NCBI GenBank assembly: GCA_964483785.1
Contig: CAZACW010000003.1
Coordinates: forward strand, 20,559-84,558
DNA: 64,000 bases
Source of the DNA: an uncultured Planctomycetales bacterium
Lineage (GTDB): Bacteria > Omnitrophota > Gorgyraeia > Zapsychrales > Fredricksoniimonadaceae
Direction of reading: 5' to 3'
The position numbers and the translations under genes were made by a program. Within the stretch, counting starts at the first letter, position 1, and each line of letters starts with the position of its first letter. This document shows positions 1 to 9,000 of this stretch, piece after piece. Below the pieces are notes generated by a model that saw nothing but the letters and a program-made list of their open reading frames with translations, had not been told where the DNA came from and did not search any database.

Positions 1-3000
1 GGCGCCCTGGATAAAATCCAGGATCCATGAGGCTGTTAAAGCAGCGGCCCCCGCGCACAATAAGCCGGTATTTTGTACAACTTGCTGCATGAGCGTATGG
101 ACGATCACCTGGCTTCCTGTGGAAATAGATAAGGATTCCGGGAGGAGAAAATTAATTTGATAATCTCCGATAAAACCCATCAGCCAGGATGCCCCGAGCC
201 CAAGCCCTCCCAAGGCCAAAAGGCCCCTTGTCCATTTTGCTATGGGTGAGAGGACCGGGTTTTTTGTTTCAGGGACCATATAAACCATCATTATCAAGCC
301 AATGCCTGCAGCCAGCAGGCCCCAGGTCGATGATCCTGCGAACTGATGGATATAGGAAAACAGCACATTATTATACAAATGATCATGAATCATCGATTGA
401 ATATGGGTTATTTCCGCACGTCCGAATGCCGCCGCGATGAATATCCAATACACTAAAAATAAGTTTCTGGCGGCCCCGATCAATAAAGGATGGCGGGCTT
501 CCTTGGCCTTGGTCTGGGCCCAGGTTCTAAATTGGCCTTCATTGTTTAGAATTTCGAGCGATCGCCCGACTTGTTCTTTGACTCCCTGCTTATCAGCCTC
601 GGCCTGCCTGATTCTTTTGACTTCATCCCACATGTAAAGATTGATCAGGGTCATGGGATGGTAGCGGGGATTGGTGTAGGTATCCTCTTCATTATTGCGG
701 AATCTTATGCCTATGATCCTTCTGAGGCTTTTTAATATTGATCCCCGCGTTTTCCAATAAGTGGCCTGTTTTTCAAATTCTTCATAAAAAATTTGTGACC
801 ATTTGTTGATGATGGCCTTGATTTGATCATCGTTGATGACCGTGGGGTCCTTGGCTTGGATGTTTTTGAGCAATGCGATCAAGGCCGTAAAACCGTTGGC
901 TGAAAGAATATCCAGGGAGCGGGGCCCCTGAATGTCTTTTCGCAGGACATGCACACGATCTTGATGGGGATTTGGAATCGGGTTTCCATATTGATCAGTC
1001 ATTTCAATGGTCTGGGCGATCAGGTCATAAGCCGCGCTGATATCCTTCATGTCAAAATCAGGTATGCTGGCCTTGACCTTGCCGATCAGATAAAATTTCC
1101 TGACTTGAAGCAAATTTTTGGTCACGGCCCCGGTCAACAAATTGATAAAAGGCGCCAAAAGAATGCTGGCTAAAGGCAAATAAGCCATGGCAACCCAGAA
1201 TAGGCTGTGGGCGGCAGGAGCGGCAAAAGAAAGCTGTGCCCTGTCCTTGGGTGCCGGATTATAGACACTCGCCCCTCCTTGTTGGGCCATCAGCCAATCA
1301 GCGCCGGCTGTTAAAGATGGTGCCCAGCTTGGGGATGGTCCGTCCGTCCTCGGATAAAACCGTCTCATATCTCCTGAATCAAGTCCTTGTCGGGGATCCA
1401 CGGCGGACGCGTTTATACCGATTAATTCCGGGAACATATTTTCCGGTGTGCGCGGATAAGCGGCTAAGGCCCTTCTGAAGCCATCTTCAGCTTGCTGATA
1501 ACCAAGCAATCTCGCCGTTCTTAACCCATTAACGGTTGAATCCACAGCAATGACCCTTTGCCTGGGGCCGATGGCTATATCTAACCCCACCTGACCGTCT
1601 GTTTTAACTTCAAAAGGCCTATCCATCATGTCTAAAAGCTGGATGCCTTTTGCATCATCTATCCGCCCCATGGCCTTGGCGGCTTCAATAAAATAAAACC
1701 ATGTGTCGGATGAGGACCCCGGGATTTCGCCAAATTCGATGGCCCCGTTTTGCCTTCGGTAAAATCCATAAGGGACAATCGATTCATCCTTGACCCTGCC
1801 CATCACATAGGTATCAAAAAATTTCTGCAAAGACTCTATTCTGGGACCGAGGAATTGCCTAAAGTCCGCATCCAGCGTTGTATCTTGGCGCATGGCATTC
1901 AACAGAAGAAATATTTTGGAATTTGTCCGCGTGAGGTAATTATTGGGCCGCCCAAGAAAATTGAGGCCTAAGGTTTTGACTTGCGGAACAAATTTTTCTT
2001 CCGCAAAGGCCCCGATCTCATCATCGGAAGAATAGAAGGTCTCTACCAAGGTCCTGGCCATGGCCATGGCCATGGTGCGGGCATAAGGATTGCCATTGGC
2101 TTTCCAAAGTTGGTAGACCGCATTGGTAATGGCCGCCTGGCTGTCGGCTTTGGGAGTGGAATAGGTCGGATTATTTAAATCCGGAGTGGTGCGCTGAGGC
2201 GCCCCGGAATTGATGTTTAAAAAATTGACGACTGGGACCTTCCCTTCCCCTGTGCTGTCCCAGAAGCTGAAAGGCCGCTTATCTGTTTGATATAACAAAA
2301 TATCCTGGGCTATTTGGATCCCTTCTTGATCTCCAGATAAAATGAGCGCGGCCAGAAGGTCGCCTTGCTTGGCCACATCAAGGCTCTGCTCCTGGGTCCC
2401 ATGGGTCAATGGGATCAATCCTGTATGGCTGTTCCTCCATGCTTTGGCAATTTGTATCAAATCAGCTGTTGCGGGGATTGGATGATCGGGAAGATCATGG
2501 AGTTTCCAGAACGGCGTATTGTAAACAAATGCGCCCACTGGATGGGGTTTGGTTTCACGGTTATTTCTCATGCGGTCCAATACTACATTATCTATGGCTT
2601 CATGGTCCGCATTTGGATTGAATTTCGGAAAATAGCTCCTTGCAAAAGTCATGTAAAGATCGTTAAAGGTCAGTTCCCTGAATGCTTTGGCTGCGCCGCC
2701 TCCATAATTATTAGGAACAATAATAGGGGCATCGCCTTGCCAGGTGGTTTGGGACGGCCTGTTTCCTGCATGAGCAAAGGGGAATAATTGAATGGATGGA
2801 ATGCCGACGCCGTTGGACAATAAGTACATCCTTGAATAACCATTTTCCACAATGCTGATCTCTTCAGCCACTGTAAAACCGGGGTAGCCGGAATAAACAT
2901 TGGCTGTCGGCTGATTTTTTTCGTTTAAGTCATCGAAAGTATAAATGGTCGTTAAAGGCGTCCATTGGCCCAGCTTTTCATCGCGGTCGTAGCGGGACAT

Positions 3001-6000
3001 CAAGGCTTGCCCATCTCCCAGGATTTCAAATTGGACCCTGTCCCTTTCTTCATGGGTGCTTTTCATCTGCTGTAAGAACTCTCTTGTTTTGGCCCAAACG
3101 CCTTGCCTGGCTTTCATGTTTTGCAAATTGGCGACAGCCTCTCCGAAGTTCCATCCCAAATCAGCCGTGACCGTGTCATTGGAATTAAACTGGATACGGG
3201 CATCCGCTATATAGCGTTTTAACTCACCCAGCAAGACCGTCTCATCCTGTCTTTTTGTGATCTGGATTTCATTTTGCTGTTGGGTAGTTTTTAAAGCAGA
3301 TACGCCGACAGGGACGTCTTTATTGCCCTTATAATGGACAACCACAGAATTTATTTTGCTTGGATCGATCCCGGCATCGGCCATCCACTGCACCGGCATG
3401 ACAAATGGGTTTCTGCCCTTTAATGATCTTACATTGACCACGGCTGAACTTTCCCTGGTCGGAGATTTTTGGTCAGGGGTGGAAATGACGGTAAAATTGT
3501 AAGGATAAATAAAGGGTAATTCATGGATTTGACCCGAGGCCAACAGGTTCTCAAAATAATTTGATTTATCCATTTTGGATGTAAATGTGACCTGATGGCC
3601 GAGCGCATCCGTAACCAAGACTTCGATATCATCATACATCTGCCCATCCTTGGAATCTGCGAAGAAATACCAATAATCCTGTTTACTGGCGTCTTGAGGA
3701 GGAGCTCCTGCCAATAAATCGATCCTCCGGTCATTCTCCGAGGTCAAGCCAAGATAGGTCTCATGTTCCGGGGCATAAATATAGTAGGCAAATTTACGGT
3801 CCTGTTCACCCTGTTGATTGACCAGATTCGCGATACTGGATTGAATATCGCCCTTGGTTGACATGGTGATCATTTCAGTCCAGGTTTTGTCCTGGTTATT
3901 CCCAAAATAATGCGTGATCAGCATGGTGAGAGTGCCGTCATTCGGATTGTAGTCCTTGGCAGCAGCGGAATACAGGGGCCTCACCTGTTCCCCTTGATCA
4001 TTGATTTCAAAAACATCGACGGTATCAGCAATGCCGTGGGCCACGGAATAGGAGCCGGGTTCATTTCTCCAATTGAAAACGACTTTTTTATGGCCAATGA
4101 TTTTCCATTGGATGCGTTCAAGCCCGTAACGGTAGGCCAATTGGATGGTCTTGGCCACCTGCTGATTGTCTGCGATGACCTCCTGATTCACCACCGTGGT
4201 GCTGCCATTGCTGAGGGCCTCATCCAACTTAATCTTGAAAGTCCCCTGCAGTCTGGATACGTCATAAGACCCTAAGACCGGAATTCTGTTGACCGGCTTG
4301 CCGTTTTGATAGTTGGTGTTTTCAGAATCCGGTATAAGATCAAGATCGAATATATTATCTGCTGTAGGCTGCCGGAATATGTTTTGGGTCCTGTGCTCCC
4401 AGAGGGCCTGGGCCATAGGAACATTTTGACTGGAACTGTCAAAAAAGGCGCGCGTCGCAGATACCCTTCCGCGATGTTTCGGGTCTGTGTCTTCATAGAA
4501 GATTTTGTGGTCCGCGCCTTGGATTTGCCAGGTCAGCAAGGATGAGTTTAGGCCGCTGAATCTCCTTGTTTCTCCTCTATTGTTGACCACGGTTTGCGGC
4601 ACCAAGGCCAGAGGGCCATTATAGGCATAGCGGCTTGTGACAAGGCCTTCAAAACTGATGCCCAGAGGGCTTTTGTAAACGCCTTGAGGTGCTGATTCCG
4701 CAAGCAGCAGGCCTGTGGCCATATCATCCATTTGGGTGGATGGTTTTTGATGGCCAAGGTCCATGACATCCCGTATCCTTTGTCCACGCGCAAAACGGTA
4801 ATGGCTGAAATCAAATTGGTGTACCCATTGATGGGTGGCTGGATTAAAAAGGTCCATGGTTGCGCCTGTTTCAATGCCGTCTCGGTCATGACGGGGTAAA
4901 TACCGTTGATTGATCCCGTCATCGGAGGCGGTCAACACATCCAGGGTCCTTCCAAAAGGTGATTGATACACCGTGCTGCTTGCCAAAGCCAGGCCCTGGC
5001 CCACCTGCTCAGCCCATTTGGTCACATTCAATTCCCAGCGCATGTGATTGCGGTCATAGGTGCTGGTGGTGGTGACACCGCCTTTTTGCTGACCGATTGT
5101 GGTCGTTGAAGATTGATGGGTCTCATCGCGGTCCATGTCTGTCCTGGTTACGACCCAGCGGTCCAAGCTGTCCTTGCCGGCCACCAGGATCGGCTGTGTC
5201 CATCTTGGATCAAATAATCTGAATGATCCTTGGCCATGCTCATCCAAATGGTAAATCCAGCTTCTTCCCGTGGTTTGATCATAGTTGAATAACCGGTCTG
5301 AGGCCAAGGTGGTGCCTGAGCCGCTTTTGGTTTCCGATGCCAGGGGCACCACGCCCGAGAATTTGCTGCGGTCATAATCAAGCTGCGTATTTTGGGTTAC
5401 TGTATTTCCCCCTATTTGGTCCGCGTCCCTGTTCGATTGAACGACGCCCGATGCATTGATGACAAGGGAATGCGTTATGTTGGTCGACAGATTCAAGGAT
5501 TCAACGGGCAAGGTAAACCCTGATCTTTGCAGGTTTCTGTCCTGGCCCATGATAGGCGATGTGTTGGAGGTGCGAAGCGCCCCCGGGACAGGCCGGAGTA
5601 AACGCTGGGCGATTTGCTCAACATCCAAGGGCCCTGTCATGTCATCGCCGTTAAAGAAAACTTCTGAATGTGGAGGCAGGCCATAGGCGTTTCTCTGGTA
5701 TTCCGTAATTTCATTCAGGGTCACTTCAGAGTCCGGATATTCATGGTCGGTAAAAATTTGCAGCCTGCGTTCATTGTTGGTGCGGCCGATGTAAACTACC
5801 TTTTTGGTGATATGATGGTCTCCGGCCTTTCTTTCAAAGTTGGCATAGAGGGTGATGGTCACAGCTTCAGCTTGGGCTTTGCCCTGGGGTGTTTTGGCCA
5901 GTTCAGCCACGGCATTGGCTTGGGCCATGTATTCCGTCACGCCGGCTAATCTCTGGACATGGGTTGACCTATAGGGATTAGGATAAATATAGGTCCCGAC

Positions 6001-9000
6001 TTCCAGGTGGAGTTTCATATCATAGGCAGGAACAATGATATGTTCTTCATCAACGCTGTATTTTAATAAACCATTGCGGTACACCTTTAATACGGGTTTT
6101 CCAGTTGTTGGGCTTGGGGTGATTTTATGGACATCCGTATCTAAAGGATAGATAATCGTCGTAAATGGTCCTGTGGTCATCTGTAAATCTGCATAACCTT
6201 GCAATTGTGCATTGGCTTTTTGTTCATCTGTCCATTGTTCGAACTGAGGATCAAAGACCCCCCTGACCCAGGTCGAATTACGGATGTTTGCGCCTGTGGT
6301 GGGCTCAGGAATGATTCTTCCTGGGACAATGCCCCAGGGCATTTTTCTGACTTGGGAGACGATCCCGGCACCGCCTTCAAATCCAGGGTCCCCGCGGATG
6401 GCATGGCCCATGTTTTCGGCGTTGATTCGACCAATGGCGGCATTGATTTCTCTTTGCTGTAAATAAGCCAGCGACCTGGTCAAATGCAGATAAACAGTGG
6501 TCCCGTCCGCCTTGCTTTCAATGGTGGCCTCTGTATTTCCGCTTGGCCTGATATAACGCCCATTTTGGGCTTGGATGATCCTTCGGTAATGGTCGACCTC
6601 TTTGTCGCCGATATGGATGTCCACGCGTGTCATTTCATCCGTGACCACCTTGGCCGGCAAGGGGATAATGGACGGCGGCTTGAGGGTAGGCCTTCCGATC
6701 CTGAAAATATTGATCTGATGTTCTGACAAAGATTTTTGCAGAAGAGGCGCTGTGGCCCTTGTGCCTTCTTGAGTGTTATACCCAAAACCCGTTGGAATGT
6801 TCGAATGTGCGGCTTGAGGCAAATTACCGTCATTGGCATCGGCAACGATTCTTAACGTTTTCAAATAACCGTCGCGGATCTTGGAGGCTTTTTCAACGAT
6901 TTCCGGATGTTGGTGGGTGTAAGCGTAGTTGATGATTTCATTGAGGACTTGCACGGCTTCGGAGGTGACCTCAAACATGACGGCCTTTCCGAAACCGTGG
7001 GCACGGGCATCGGCATCAGCCAAACTCAATCCCCTGATCTCAAAACGGCGGCCGTTAGCGATATAATAATCATTGATCCCGAATTCTGCATCCACCCTTA
7101 ACCACCAGGCCATGACATCCTCGATGGTCATTTTATTGGATTGCATGAACAGTTCCATGCCCTTGCTTAAGAAGGTACGCGTATTAGCGTCAGAGGAGAG
7201 ATAGCTGTTGATGCCGGGTTTTTGCTGGCCGCCGGCCTTATACAATCCTTTTTGGGGATCGTAACGAGTATCTAAGGCTTCTGACATTTGACGGTACTGT
7301 TCGTCCAATTGACTTCCGATGCTTCCATTGAAAAGCCGGTTGAATCCGCTTTGCTGCTGTTGAAGCCCTGGGAGCATGATGTGCCTATATTCCCCCATCG
7401 CCCCCACGGTCAAGGCCAGTGGCTCGGTGCCGTTTTCATTTTTCCAATTATTGCCAAGCCATACGGCCAGGGCATTGATGATATCGTCATTGCGGGTGTA
7501 GGTGTTGTCGCCTTTTAAATAAAGGGCATTTCTTAAATTCAGCAAGGACATGAGGATTGAGGCATTGGGGCCTGGCCCGGGCGCGCCATCGCCTTGGGCG
7601 CGGCGGAAATCATACACATCGTAATATTCCGCGAAGCCTTGAAATCCCGTTTTTTGGGCATTAAAGATGGTGCGGATGAAAGCCTCCAGGGGCTGGATTC
7701 GGTTCCAATCATTGGCATACACCGCGAATGTCAGCCCCAGGGATTGATCGAACATATAGCCGCGGCGGTTGGATTGGCCGGCATGGATATAATCCATGCT
7801 TTGTAAAGCGCCGCTGGCTGTCCTTTGATGAAACGGATCCCCTCCAAGGGCGGCTTGGTAGATTTCAACGCCCCCCTGCTGCATCACGCTTGTAATCTTA
7901 TCATAAGTCTTCAAGTCCCTCTCCACCTGTTCGGCGTTCTCTTCAACGCCGTTGATGGTCGGAAAAAACAGCCTGTAGCTTTCCCTGCCCTTGGCATCAC
8001 GCTCTACGATGGCAAAAACCGGACGGTTGTTTTCCGTCATACCGATCACAAAACCTTTCATCATCTGGGCATGGGCCTCGGCCTTGGTATAGGTATGCAC
8101 CTTGCCGCTGAACCACCCATTATCGAAAGCATACCCGCTGATGCCGGAACCCCGGACATTGGCCTTGTTGATCGTGGTGATTTCCTCGAGCTGGGTCCTT
8201 AATTTAGTGTCATAGAGGCCCCAAAAATTAACGGATATAATTGGACCGTCGACATGGGGAAATGGCGCCCGCAGTGGATTGCCGCTGCCGGTTTCCTGTT
8301 CTATTTTGTTGGCCAATTGGTAAAAATTGATTTCTATGCCTGGTAACAAGGAACGGAAAACAACCGGCGCGTTGGGGCCTGCGATGTCTCTTAAGGCAAC
8401 AGCATCTTGCGGGCCGTGGTTCAAGGCCCAGGCCGCTGCGTAATTCACATTAAATGCGCCGCTTAAGGGATTAAACGGTATATTCCTGGCAGCCCTGCTC
8501 AAGGGGCTGTCTTTTAAGGTGGTGGTGGCGGCGTTAAGTACCCTTAAAGCATCGCCCATTTGGCGGGCGATTTTGTCATAGCCATATTTGCCTTCGATAT
8601 AATGTTGTAATTGTGTCATCTGTTCCTGGCCCAATTCTCCATTAATCATGCGGCGGGCTTGCTGGCGGAAAATATCCTTTTCAGGATCAGGCATCTGGTC
8701 CCAATTGGCCGTAGAACCGGATTGATGATAAACATATTGCGCGACAAAATCCATAAATTGGGTTTCGGTCGGCATGGTCATGAGGTCAGGACGGTTAAAA
8801 ATGTCCCAGCCGAAATCGAGGATGCTGCCTACCGGTACCTTCATGTTAGGCACAAAGGAAAGGCCGAGATTTACCAAAAAAACGGCCCGGTTGAAACGCT
8901 GTTTATTTTGTAAATAGACTTGGTAACGTTGATTTTGTTTGTTTTCAACTTCCGCCAAGAAACGGTCCGCGAAGGCCTCAGACCGTAATTGAACAAGATA

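Noticed and set aside
2055-2075. (TGGCCA)n microrepeat
   Set aside because: It simply encodes MAMAMA in frame, and a 6-bp unit would not cause phase variation.
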